From contig CM059432.1 of assembly GCA_030390025.1 (NCBI GenBank), positions 101,248,001 through 101,312,000 of the forward strand: a stretch of DNA of 64,000 nt, written 5' to 3'. The position numbers and the translations under genes were made by a program. Below the pieces are notes generated by a model. That model did no database searches. It saw only the letters and a list, made by a program, of their open reading frames with translations, and was not told where the DNA came from. Shown here in pieces: positions 1 to 11,650 of this stretch (the stretch's first letter is position 1; the number at the start of each line of letters is the position of its first letter). This stretch comes from Squalus acanthias. Lineage: Eukaryota.

Positions 1-905
1 TTTCGGCTCATCGTGTCCGCGCCGGCCGACAAAGAGCTATCCAGCCTAATCCCACTTTCCAGCTCATGGTCCATAGCCCTGTAGGTTACGGCACTTCAAG
101 TGCACATCCAAACACTTTTTAAATGTGGTGAGGGTTTCTGCCTCTACCACCCTTTCAGGCAGTGAGTTCCAGACCCCAACCACCCTCTGGGTGAAGAAAT
201 TTCCCTTCAAATCCCCTCTAAACCTCCTACCAATTACTTTAAATGTATGCCCCCTGTTGACCCCTCTGCTAAGGGAAATAGGTCCTTTCTATCCACTTTA
301 TCTATGCCCCTCATAATTTTATACACCTTAATAAGGTCTCCCCTCAGCCTCCTCTGTTCCAAAGAAAACAAACCCAGCTATCCAATCTTTCCTCGTAGCT
401 AAAATTCCCCCGTCCTGGCAACATCCTCGTAAATCTCCTCTGTACCCTCTCTAGTGCAATCACATCTTTCCTGTAATGTGGTGACCAGAACTGCATGCAG
501 TACTCTAGCTGTGGCCTAACTAGTGTATTATACAGTTCAAGCACAACCTCCCTGCTCTTGTATTCTATGCCTCAGCTAATAAAGGCAAGCATTCCGTATG
601 CCTTCTTAACCATCTTATCTACTTGGCCTGCTACCTTCAAGGATCTGTGGACCTGCACTCCAAGGTCCCTCTGTTCCTCTACACTTCTCAGTGTCCGACC
701 ATTTAATATGTATTCCCTTGCCTTGTTAGCCCTCCCCAAATGCATTGCCTCACACTTCTCCGGATTGAATTCTATTTGTCACTGTTCTGCCCACCTGACC
801 AGTTAATTCTTCCTGCAGTCTACAGCTTTCTTCTTTATTATCAACCACACAGCTGATTTTAGTATCATCTGCAAACTTCTTAATCATACCCCCTACATTC
901 AAGTT
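1..905 (-). mobile_element. CR1 LINE, 3' fragment (degenerate RT C-terminus and 3' UTR)
   Basis: Minus-strand peptides GGMIKKFADDTKI and LYNTLVRPQLEYCMQFWSPHYRKDVIALERVQRRFTRMLPG are typical of the CR1 ORF2 C-terminus; frameshifted. Confidence 0.9.
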
Positions 906-906
906 T

Positions 907-1539
907 GCACAGATTTTGCTGGAGCGGGGCATCTCGCGGCATGCCCCGTTAGTTAAACTTTTTCCCCTCATCCTTCAGCTCGAAAGGTTTCTGCCCTGAA
1001 AGTTGTTGAAACTGCAAGGTCAATGGGGCATTTGCGACCTTGGTGAATGATGGGACCAACAGTCTATCTCCTTAATCAATGAGATTTAAGGATTGAATAA
1101 GAAACAGATGAAGGACAGAGAAGAAAATAGGGAGAAAGAGAAATAAAGAGAGGGAAAGAAAGACTGATTGAGAGAGAGAAAAAAGAGACAGAAAGGAAAA
1201 GTAAGAAAAAATAAGATTTTTAATTAAAAAAATCTCTAACAACAATTTACAACCTGTAGGAATGAGACTTCATGGTTTCAATCATTCCCTTTGTGGTCTG
1301 GTGAGTTTGAGTGGCAATGCAGCAACATAAATCTCTTCATTAAAAAGGTGTTAATTTCTAGCCCTAAACTTCTATGGTGAATTTAATTTGCAATTAATGT
1401 GCGCAAATTGTCCAGTAACTTGTGGAGATTCGTAATTCACAGGGTATCTCTTCCTTGCCACAAGTTGCTGGATGATTTACACATTAATAACGGTGAGTGC
1501 CATTAAACTCTCTGTTATCTTGGCAGCAAAATCTGGGCC
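907..1539. mobile_element. Non-autonomous TIR element (MITE-like, probably Harbinger-derived)
   Basis: Ends gcacagatttt...aaaatctgggcc. Collinear with 52215-52924 and with the inverted copies at 18184-18778 and 50759-52163 (shared GA-rich core gaaataaagagagggaaagaaaga). Confidence 0.65.
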
Positions 1540-1805
1540 ATTATGTTTTCTACTTAAAGCCTCAAAAGTGATATGAACACATTTTCCTTTTATGGCATAA
1601 TGGGGCTTTGCTTCCATTACACACAGCCCTTAGAAATTGAACCAATTCCCTATTTGAATTCTTTAATAGTTTGTATTTACCATTCTATTTCATTAACTAG
1701 CAAAGTTAACTAAAATAAATTATTCCTTGAGTTTAGACTGCGTGGCGGAGGTGGTTTTGCTGCCGAGAGAAACAGCAGCCAATAGGGCAAAATTCTAATT
1801 TGTTC

Positions 1806-1934
1806 TGACGAAGGGTCATTGACCTGAAACATTAACTCTGTTTCTCTCTCCACAGAGGCTGCCTGACCTGCTGAGTATTTCCAGCATTTTCTGTTTTTAT
1901 TTCAGATTTCCAGCATCCGCAGTATTTTGCTTTT
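1806..1934 (+). mobile_element. Short Penelope-like (pLTR-derived) insertion with minimal hammerhead ribozyme motif
   Basis: Flanked by a 19-bp direct repeat gcaaaattctaatttgttc (1787-1805, 1935-1953). Begins CTGACGA-agggtcattgacct-GAAAC. Near-identical copy at about 35622-35760. Confidence 0.65.
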
Positions 1935-4791
1935 GCAAAATTCTAATTTGTTCATTTGTATCAAGATTGGTGTAACTCTATATCTGTAATTAATTAGAGG
2001 AAGTCCCCTGATTGTTGCCTGTGACGTGGAAATGTTATTATGATTGAGAGCTGCATTTAGTCTATTGAAATGGCTGATCAATGCATAGTACGATTTGAAG
2101 CTCTGCAGTCCTTCTAGTTTGTTACCAACTCATCTAATACATGTAAATTAGCTGAATCTGGAGAAACAGCTGGCTTCAGTGGCGATCAAGTCAGGCACAT
2201 ATGGGATGCACACTGTCTAACTTATGTTTGATATATCAATGGAATTAAGGGGCAAGGTGCCAAAATCTGTTATCCCACTCCGCTGCCATAACTGCACCAG
2301 AGCAGGAATTGTAATCTGCTAGTGACTCTCGCTCCTGACCTCGCTGGAGTATATGGAGTCAGAGCATTCGAGCAGGGTCAAGCTATTTAAATAATACCAA
2401 CCCAGTGTGAGTACTTCTTAGGAGGTTGCTGGGGGGAGAAGCAGAGGAAGATGCAGTACTAGGATGTCACGTGGACAAACAGCCAACGAGCTCAGCTTCA
2501 AAGGGCACTGATCTCTTTTTATGGGCCTCCTTCCTAAGAGGGGTGATTTAAACTATTTATTCAGCAGTCTTCTGGGTTGTTTCAGGTCAAGACTCATGCT
2601 TGGACACCCTTGTGACCCTACTTCCTTTGCTCCTTTGACCTGGATGCTGCCAACTTGATGCTGTCAGTTCGCCTGATGCAAAGGGAGCTGGAGGCTGTGG
2701 GAATTCTGGCAAGTCATGCTATCCTGCCAGCCCTGCCTCCTTACTGATATCAGGCCATCACCAGGGTGGACGGAACATCCGTCTGCTCCATGTTTAGCAG
2801 GAATTCCCTTCTGTATATCTTCAGAGCAGAGACCTTTGGATCCTGTCTGATTTTCCGCTCCCCTCACTTCTTTTGACACCTTATCAAATACGTTTTGAAC
2901 TCAAGATCTATAAAACGTACCATGTTAACAACAATTACTTCTGATTGCATTGTTCCAGTGATCAAATCATTGTTGTATTTTAAAATACTTGTTTTGCCTT
3001 TAACCAATTTTATTGGAGTTTTAATGGCATTACCCTCTTACCTCTGGAACCTGAGGTCAAATCAGCTCAGACTGAAGCAACAATAGCTTGCTTTCTCTGA
3101 TGACCATGACGAGCATAAATAGAATTAGTTTGGACAATCTCAGAGGGATATTGCTGGAGCAGTGGGAAGTAAGATTTTCTCCTCTTGACTCATGGTATAC
3201 CTGGGCTAGAAGTGCTTGATGCTGGCACTAGTGCTAAAGATGGAAAATGATATCTCTCCGCTTGATCATTCCCAAGATTCATTAAAAATAAGGAATAACA
3301 GAAAACTGCGCTGTTCTTAAACAATTACAATAATTCCTGCTGATTAGCCAGAATATAGACATCTGATCTAATGGTTATGTTTCTGCAGGTTATGTATGGA
3401 AAGTTGCAGTACACAAGAGGTCCACTAGTAGCTTTTTACTTTTAAAACTGCAAGTTATTAAGACTGTGGCTTAGTCCTTTTTAAAAGGCTCATTTGTTTT
3501 CTTTTTCACCTCAAAAGTGATACACTACAGTTAATTAGAGTGATGGTACCACATACTGTAATAGCATTGCAAATGAAAATCAGTGCCACTCATGTTAATT
3601 GCAGAATAACCACGTTAACACTTTGTCTATTGCAGCAGCGAGGAACATCTGTTTGCTGTGCGATAAAAACACACAATCAGAAATTCTGAATATTACATCA
3701 TCCATTCTGAGAAGAGTGCTCAATACAACAAAGTACTTATGCTCCATAAATTTAATGTGCCCTGCCCATGGTGCACTGTCTTATCGTCATCATTAAATCT
3801 GTTACCATATAATTTCCCGGTTCTTCCTTTAATCATGAAAACAAGTATTTTACACATGTATGGTTTCATAGTGGACACACTTGATTTCTGATGGAAATTA
3901 AGCACAGGCCCCAAAACTGTTTGCAGACACTACTGCGCTGGCAAGGTTGTTAGGCACCTGCTGCTCCCAATAAATCTGACTGCAAACCAGTGATCCATTT
4001 CACAGCACTTTGGCTCTCACCAATATCAGAGTCACAGGGTGCAACATAAGCATCTGTGCTTCCATTTTACTTTGTAATTTGTGACACCTTACTTGCTTAT
4101 TTCCTTTCATCGCAATAAATCCTACAGTTTGGAAAGGAATTTACAACCACAAAAGAAAAGTTAGGATTGTAAGCCTTCATTACAGATCAACTCTTACAAT
4201 TAAATGTAATATCTTACATTTCTGTCGCCTGCATCTCGAAAGACAATGGTTGCAGCATAGGAGAAAGTTGATTGTTAATGACACCATACACTGAATATAT
4301 TTGCATACAGATTCATGACCAAACTCAAGACAAGTGCTTTGGACAAGGCTTAACAGTACCAGTAACGTCTCTTGATCTCAGAGCCCATTAAAAGGATTGA
4401 TTAATCAATTGAAAAGGAAATGGGCAACTTGGCAACAGTGAATGCATAGTTGAAAGGACAAGAGCAATATTGTAACATAGGTGAAAAAGGATGAAGTATA
4501 TAAAAAAAAATTGAAGTATGAGAAATGAGAGAAAAGGAAAAAAAAGGCGAGAAAAATAAATTAAATGTTAAAATAGAAAGAAGCAAGATTAGGATGGATA
4601 ACCAAAAACACAGGAAATAGGAACAAAGGAATTAAGTGGTGAATAAAAGGAAAGAATAGCAAAGTATAAAATTGATCATTCTTCGTGATATTATTAATCA
4701 AATCAGTTTGCTGTCGCACTAAAGACATTGATGCTTAGACTGCTGATAAATTACAACTACTTCTAATCACTATTAAGTGGAGGCAACCTTT

Positions 4792-5411
4792 GGGGTAGAA
4801 ATTGCTGTGTGTTGCACTCTTTTTGGGAGTAAAGCAGGCACAAGGCATACTAATTTAGCAGTGGTATGGTCTGCGCCCAATCTGCGCAGGCATTCGTCCC
4901 ACTGCTAAATTTGTGGGGCCCGTTTTTTTAAGTCTCCCAGGTAGATGCCTAACGTAGGCATTAGGCTCCTTGAATATGTTAATTAGGTGCCTAACATTTA
5001 TTTCAAGATCCCTTGCTGAAATTAGCAATGAGTGTCATACCTGGCCGGCTGAGGATTCTTCAGCCACCAACCAAAGGCAAGTTTCAGAATTTTTTTTTGA
5101 AAAACCCTTCCTGAGGAGCCAGGTGGAGCAGGAGTGTTCCCCCAACTCCACAGGCATTGCGACTGTCCCCTCCCCATAGCCTGCTCAAACGCCCCTTCTT
5201 GGGACTTACTTGAGGGCCGCTGCCGACAAGGCAGGCGTGCCGAGATTGATAGCTTCCTTCGGGTGAGTTGCCTGTGCAGATGCGACCATTGATGGAAATT
5301 CACCCCGAATATGCTGATGAGGGCCGAGGACCAATTTCCATCGCTCCATGGGCCTCTTGGTTTAGCTGCGCCGAGTTTAGGCCAATAAAAACCCGGACCA
5401 ATTTTTATCCC
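4792..5411. mobile_element. Non-autonomous TIR element (MITE-like)
   Basis: Termini ggggtagaaatt and aatttttatccc; GC/CpG-richer than the AT-rich flanks. Confidence 0.5.
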
Positions 5412-5959
5412 ATCTCTTCAATCTTTCATGAATATTAAAATTAGTACAGCTAGTTACAAAGTTAGCCAGTATCAAATAATAATTTCTCCAGAAACATCCT
5501 CTCTACTTTCAAGGTTCCAAATTCATTGGTACACCTAATGTTATTACATTTGGTTCCATTATATTGTTGCAAATTGACATCACTTTACTGCACAATATTT
5601 TATTGTAACTACTTTAACAGGTTCTAGAATTTATTTTAAACATGCTACAAACTGATAAAAAAAATTATATTGGACACTTAAAAAGAAACATCGTCATTTA
5701 ATTAAGATTTGAAGACAGAATAGCTCACACAGCTTCACGGCATTTATTCATTATCAGATGAGATCTATTATTTTTAATCAGAAAAATAAACTAAATGAGA
5801 ATTTTATATGGTTCAGCGATACGAATTAAACCACAGATGGTACAAGTGAATTTATTGGTTACACGTAACTAGTGTTCATTACAAATTAATAATGCATATT
5901 AAACAACATCAATTATTCATCAAATGCTTCTTCTGGATTTACAAAATAACAACTATTAT

Positions 5960-6465
5960 GACCCTGGCTCAGTTGGTAGCACTATTGTCTCTTTGTCACC
6001 AAGTTATGGGTTCAAGCCAACCTCCAAACATAATCCGGGCTAACACTCTAGTGCAGTGCTGAATATCACGGTGCTATCCTTCATGAGATGTTAAAGCTAA
6101 GCCCTTTTCTCCCTGTTTGGGTGCCTCAAATGAATGCAAAATCCTATGGCATTATTCAAAGAAGAGCATTGAGCTCTTCTGATATCCTGGACAAAATTTC
6201 ATCTTCAGTGAACACCACCTAAAATGGAGTAATTGGTCATTCATCTCGTGTGGAGCATAAACACCGGCACAGACCAGTTGGGCCAAATGGCCTGTTTCTG
6301 TGCAGTAAATACTATTTGATCTCATTGCTGTTTATGGAATCTTCCTGTACATAAAATGGCTGCTGCATCTGCCCACATAACGATAATCACTGTACTTCAA
6401 AATAATTTATTGTACATAAAGTGCTTTGAGGTATTTCAAAGTTCTATATAAATGCAAACTTTACT
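5960..6465 (+). mobile_element. Degenerate tRNA-headed Deu-domain SINE with a nested CR1-type 3' tail (about 6248-6318)
   Basis: A box tggctcagttgg and B box gggttcaagcc; divergent match to the SINE at 44211. The insert ggcacagaccagttgggccaaatggcctgtttctgtg is flanked by atctc repeats. Confidence 0.65.
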
Positions 6466-6890
6466 ATTCAAGAGGTACAACAATTCTTTTCAAATAAAAT
6501 ATTGTTTAATTTGTTTATTTATTTAATACCATGGGGGAAAAATTAGGTCGCGCCCCGTTTGGGGCGCAAATATCGTCTGGACGCAAAAATTAGCGCCTGG
6601 CGCTAATTATCGCCACTGACTGGAAACTTCACTTTTACCGCCCCGGGAGGTGAGTGGAGCGCTAAATCAGGCGCTGCACACCTGTCTTAAGGCGCAAAGG
6701 CCGAGCAGTGAGGCGCTAACTCAGCGCGCGAGTGCAGCGCAGGTGCTGCCAGTTAGCGAGGGAACACAGACACACTGGCGCCGGCCAGTTCTTAAAGCGG
6801 GGGGGCCAACTTGCTCCCCAGCCACACCCTGCTCATTGCAGCCTTGAATCTCGGCCTGGAGAGACCTGTGAATCCATTTTGCTGCCAAGG

Positions 6891-8708
6891 ATGGAGAGGG
6901 TGAGAGAACGAGCTCAGCGCTTCACCGAGCGGGCCTTGGATGCTCTGGTTGGCGCGGTGGAGTGCAGAAGATCTATACTCTTCCCTGAGAGTGGCAGGAG
7001 GCCTTTGCCACGCGAGTACAGAAGAGTGTGGAGGGAGGTGGCTCAGAGCGTCTCCTCCAGGAGCATGGTGCCCAGGACCCATGTTCAATGCCGCAAAAAG
7101 TTCAACGACCTCACTCGGGTCGTCAGGGTGAGTGGCTTTTTCTCAATACCTCTCCATCCCTCCATCTCAACCTCACTCTATGGCCAGAGGGTCTTAAAAC
7201 CCCAATGCACAACACTCATCCAACACCTATGGCCCTTTTATGAACCACACACACACATTCCACACTTTGCATACAGTAAGGGCTATTCACCTATGGGAGG
7301 CACATCAGGCAAGACCATGGCTGCATACAGTAAGGGCTATTCACCTATGGGAGGCACATCAGGCAAGACCATGGCTGTATATTTACTCAGATGCTGTCCT
7401 TTTTCTTGCAGGCCAAGCTGGCGCATAATCGGAGACAGCAGCAACAGACAGGTGGAGGGCGGCCTCAGCTGCAACCCCTCAGCGATCTTGAAGAGCGCGT
7501 CCACAGGATTGTGGCAAGCCGGGTGATCGGTCCCGTCGCCACTGGAGACGCCGACCCCGTTCTGGACAGCAATGGTAAGGTCATCACCTTTTTGTCCTCT
7601 GTCCTTCCACTTGTCCCTCACAACACCAGCCTTTGACACTTTCAATCCAACTTGCTAACTCGCTGCACTTATTCCTCCCTTACTGCCACCCTGTCCTCAC
7701 GCTAAAGCCACTCTTGTACCTCCCTGCTTTCAGATGGTGATTCACCAGCTGAGGAGACGGGCCCTGAAGCTGCCAGTGGGAGTGAAGCTGCAGCCGAGGA
7801 GGAAGAGGAAGCCGGAGCATCAGTGCCACCCTCTCCCGAGGAAGCCCATGCCCACACTGGGAACACGCCTTCCCTGGAGGGGAGCAGGGGGGAAGGGTCT
7901 GATGAGGGTGAAGCTCCAGGACCCAATGGGCTGCAGCAACGCCATGGGGGTAGGGAAGAACGGGGGCCTTCTCCCCAGAGGGAGAGTATGCCAGCGACTC
8001 CTACTGCAATGGACGCAGAGGAGGAGCGGCTGATCGCAGAAATGAACACCCAGGCGGTGGGCATGCACACTGAGCTCATGGGTGCAGTGGGAAGGGTGCC
8101 CGAATGCATTGAGTCACTGGCAAGGAGTGTGGAGCACTTCGCAGTAGCACAGGCGGATGCCACACTAAAGCTTAGTGCTGCAATTCAGTCACTGACTGCC
8201 GTGATCCCATCTGACTGCTCTCATGCAGACTCAGATTGAGGCCACGCGAGCACTGACTGCTGCCAACCTCGATGGTTCATTCACATGTCCCCGGGGCTCT
8301 CACCGTGCCGCAGCAGGCCAGCAATCTGTGCTCCAGCAGATTGCTCCGGATGCTGAAGTGCTGCCCCTTGGGAGTGCCAGTGTGTCGGTCGAGCAGGGAG
8401 TTGCTGTCCTCTCTCACGATGACAGCATTCCTGCTGCCAACACTGTCACTTCTCCACTGCACTTGCCACCGCCTGTAGGACAGACTGCTGCCGCCCATGC
8501 AGAGTTGGTGCAGTCTGCAGCCGGGCCCTCCAGGCCCAGAACTGGTCGAGGCCGTCCTTCAGGGGCATCTGCAGTGTCAGGGTCTGACAATCAGCAGCCT
8601 TCCACCAGCCTTGCTGCAGCCACTGAGGTCCCATTACGGAGGAGCAGTAGGGTTAGAAGGGGGGAAGTGCGCAAGGGAAGGAGATCACCCTCGAAGGGCA
8701 AAAAGTAG
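6891..8708 (+). pseudogene. Harbinger Myb/SANT-like DNA-binding protein gene, three exons (6891-7127, 7412-7574, 7734-8708), frameshifted near 8230
   Basis: Exon 1 MERVRERAQRFTERALDALV...VWREVAQSVS...RTHVQCRKKFNDL is a Myb/SANT-like trihelix motif. Introns are canonical and keep frame (AGG|gtgagt...cttgcag|GCC; AATG|gtaagg...tttcag|AT). Acidic exon 3; ORFs 7823-8239 and 8223-8708 overlap in different frames. Confidence 0.85.
7268..7375 (+). repeat. Perfect 54-bp tandem duplication in Myb-gene intron 1
   Basis: tgcatacagtaagggctattcacctatgggaggcacatcaggcaagaccatggc occurs twice in tandem. Confidence 0.95.
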
Positions 8709-9020
8709 GAGGTGTGACAAAATGCTGGTCATTTTTTTATCAAAGGCCGAGGTTCGTGGTCCAACTTTTGTCTAGTGTTTTGGACATTATCTCCAGGTTG
8801 TGAGAACCAGTTATGTTAATGACTGTTTTTTTGTGTTTATTTCTATGAGTTTGTCATGAGGAAATGACACACACAGAGTTTGTAAAATAAATAAGTTTTT
8901 GTATTCAAAATATACATGTTTGGTGTTTGGAATCATTGGTGCCTTGGCCGGCTTAGGGGTTGCGTGCTGGGTTAATTGATGTTGTTAGCAATGGCAGAAG
9001 CCATTTCCACAGCAGGGGCC

Positions 9021-10182
9021 CTAGAAGCGGCTTGCTATCAGCCGTTGACGGACGGCCCTTGCAGTTTCACCATTGTGGGCCGCCCTCCCGCCTTGGTGCT
9101 GCTGATGATCATCCTCCTCGTCCTCTTCCTCCTCTTCCTCCTCCTCCTCTGGTGGTGCTCCAAGGCCTGGTGGCATTGGCTGGGTCCTGACGATTGCCAT
9201 GTTATGCAACATGCAGCACACAACTACGAAGTTGGATACTCGCTCAGGCGAGTACTGCAGGGCTCCTTCCAGAATGGTCGAGACAGCGGAACCGTTGCTT
9301 CAGCACGCCGATTGTGCTCTCAATGATGTTCCTGGTAGCTTGATGGCTCTCGTTGTACCGCAGCTCAGCAGGGGTGTTGGGCGTACGGAGCGGTGTCATC
9401 AGCCAGGTGCTCAATGGATACCCCTTGTCCGCGAGAAGCCAACCTACTGGCTGATGCGGTGCCTCGAAAAGTTCTGCCACAGTAGTCTGGCGCAGGATGA
9501 AAGCATCGTGGCAGCTGCCAGGTTAGTGGGCATTGACAGCGAGTATCAGCTGTCTGTGGTCACAGACCAACTGAACATTCAAGGAATGGAACCCCTTTCT
9601 GTTCCGGAATTCCTCGGCATTCTCATGTGGAGCACGCAAAGCCACATGCGTGCAGTCAATGGCGCCCTGCACCATGGGGAAGCCCGCTATCCTCGCAAAG
9701 CCCAGAGCGCGGTCACGCTGCTTGTCTGGGGTCATGGGGAAAGAGATGAACTCTCGTCTCCTTTTAAAGAGGGCATTTGTGACCTGCCGGATGCAGCAAT
9801 GCACCGCGAACTGGGAGATTTTGGCGAGGTCCCCAGCAGCAGCTTGAAATGAGCCAGTAGCATAGAAGTTGAGAGCCACTGTGACCTTCACTGCCACCGA
9901 CAGAGACGTCCTGGACCTCAGTTGAGGCTGCAGATCTGGCTGCAGCAGGTGGCAGAGCTCAGTGACCACCTCCTTGCTGAATCGCAGCCTTCGCAAACAC
10001 AGCTCCTCAGACAAATGAATGTAGGAGAGCTGTTCACGATATACCCTGGGAGGGTAAGCTCTCCTGTACATACGCCTGTTGGCCCTCCTCCGTCTGGCCA
10101 TCATTGCCACTCTCTCTCTGCGTCTCTGTGTCCTCCGATTCAGCTGGAGCAGGACGACGCCCCCATTCAGTGCAGCCCCCAT
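9021..10182 (-). pseudogene. Harbinger DDE transposase (HARBI1-like), about 386 codons, one nonsense codon and one +1 frameshift
   Basis: Motifs LRRLRFS, ALNFYATGSFQ, GFPMVQGAIDCTHV (D), [35 protein letters not shown] (D), [26 protein letters not shown] (E), CCMLHN, then an acidic tail. In-frame TAA at 9523-9525; one extra base near 9267. Confidence 0.93.
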
Positions 10183-11279
10183 AGTCTCTTTGCAAGCAAA
10201 GTTATGAAGGACAGCAACCAAAGTACCAGCGAAGTTAGGATCAGTAGGCAAAACTACCTCACAAAGCGTTGACTCAATGCAGAAGTCTCTCTTTCTCTCT
10301 CTCCGAATCTCTCTCTCTCTCTCAGAACGAGTGGTGCAAAAATGTCAACCACAGAAAAAGACAGGAAGAGGCCCCCTTTAAATAGCGCCCCCCCCAGCCC
10401 CACAGCGATTGATAGCGTTCCAGTCTTCCGGTCGTTGGATGCGCCAGGCGGTAAGGCAGGGGGCGCCACTCAATTTCCGCTCCGGGGCGCCACAAGGGCG
10501 TTGCACCATGGAATGACGTCACAATCTGCGCGCGCAGGTGGTCGCAGTGGTAAAGTTTAGCGCCACCGCACAATGTCTAGTTAAGTTCCCGAGCGGCGCA
10601 AACATTGCTGCGCCCGGGCACTAGCGGCTTTGCACCCCATTAGCGCCCTCTTAAGGCGCTAACGGGAGGCGCAACCAACTGAATTTTCCCCCCCTGACTT
10701 TTATCATTGAAGCACTCCTGGTTTACTCAGCGTTCAGCACTAGCTTATAGTGGACACTTAAAATGAAGTGTTAGTGTGTGGCTACCTGGAGAACCAGAAT
10801 TATTTATTGTGAATTTGTACAATGTTATTGGTGTAGTATTTCAAGTTAACCTTCTGTAAACCTGTTGAGTTATGTTCTTCCTTTGAAGTACCTTAGTATA
10901 ACACACATTTCAGACACACAAACCTTGTAAATTAAGTTTCTGGGTCACAGCGAGCTCCAAATATTGGCATTCACAGTCTACTGAAAACTTAAATTTTTAA
11001 TGGTGTACATTGTCTCAGGGGTTGACTAAACTGAAACATACTCTATATAACCATCAAAGTAAATAGACTTTAAGATCTTTGGCAATGTTTGAGGGTGTGA
11101 ATGAGGGTAACCAAAGCAAAATTTTTAAAGAACATTTATTTCTAGTAGAGAATATTTGTTAAAATAACTGTGAAGATCAACAGTACAACAGGATTTGAAG
11201 CTGTACTTCTATTTTACTAATCGATCTGCCATGGCATTGCACATGGAGAGTCAAGATTAAGTTCAGTGTACAGGTCAAG

Positions 11280-11650
11280 CAGGGAAGGAGTTCAAGGGGA
11301 TAACTGGATCAAAGCAGGGAAGGGAGGAGGCAGATGGGAGGGGGAGGGAGGAGAGGACAAAGAGGGGAGAACAGAGGAAAGAGGGGAGGGGAGAACAGAG
11401 GAAAGAGGGGAAGGGAGAGGAAAGAGGGGAAGGGAGAGAGGGTAAGGTAACAGGAGAGGAGAGAAAGAGGAAGGTAAGAGGGGAGAGGAAGGGACAGGAG
11501 AGAGGGGCGGGTGGATAGGGAGAGAAGAGGGATGGGAAGAGGGACAGTGAAGAGTTGGATAAGGAATGGGAACAGGTGGAGGAAGGAGGGGAGAAGAGGT
11601 TGGAGGATAAAGGGGAAATATTTAGAGACAGGGAAGCAAAAGTAGAGGCA
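11280..11650 (+). repeat. Purine-rich (GA) low-complexity tract
   Basis: Almost exclusively G/A, with short repeats such as ggagaacagaggaaagagggga. Confidence 0.85.

Larger units (their letters stand above)
6533..10692. mobile_element. PIF/Harbinger DNA transposon, near full length (about 4.16 kb), defective
   Basis: TIRs gggggaaaaatt / aattttccccc; flanks cat / cct (3-bp TSD, one mismatch); subterminal TTAGCGCC/GGCGCTAA repeats; contains convergent Myb-like and DDE transposase genes. Confidence 0.92.

Noticed and set aside
2250..2880. Possible very old Harbinger transposase N-terminal relic
   Set aside because: Only a weak IYRREFLLNM resemblance, with no catalytic motifs or clear TIRs.
9021..10182. 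Host HARBI1 gene
   Set aside because: It lies between TIRs beside a Myb partner and carries a stop and a frameshift, so it is a transposon copy.
8960..10272. Plus-strand ORFs (8976-9326, 9199-9852, 9922-10272)
   Set aside because: Antisense shadows of the GC-rich transposase.
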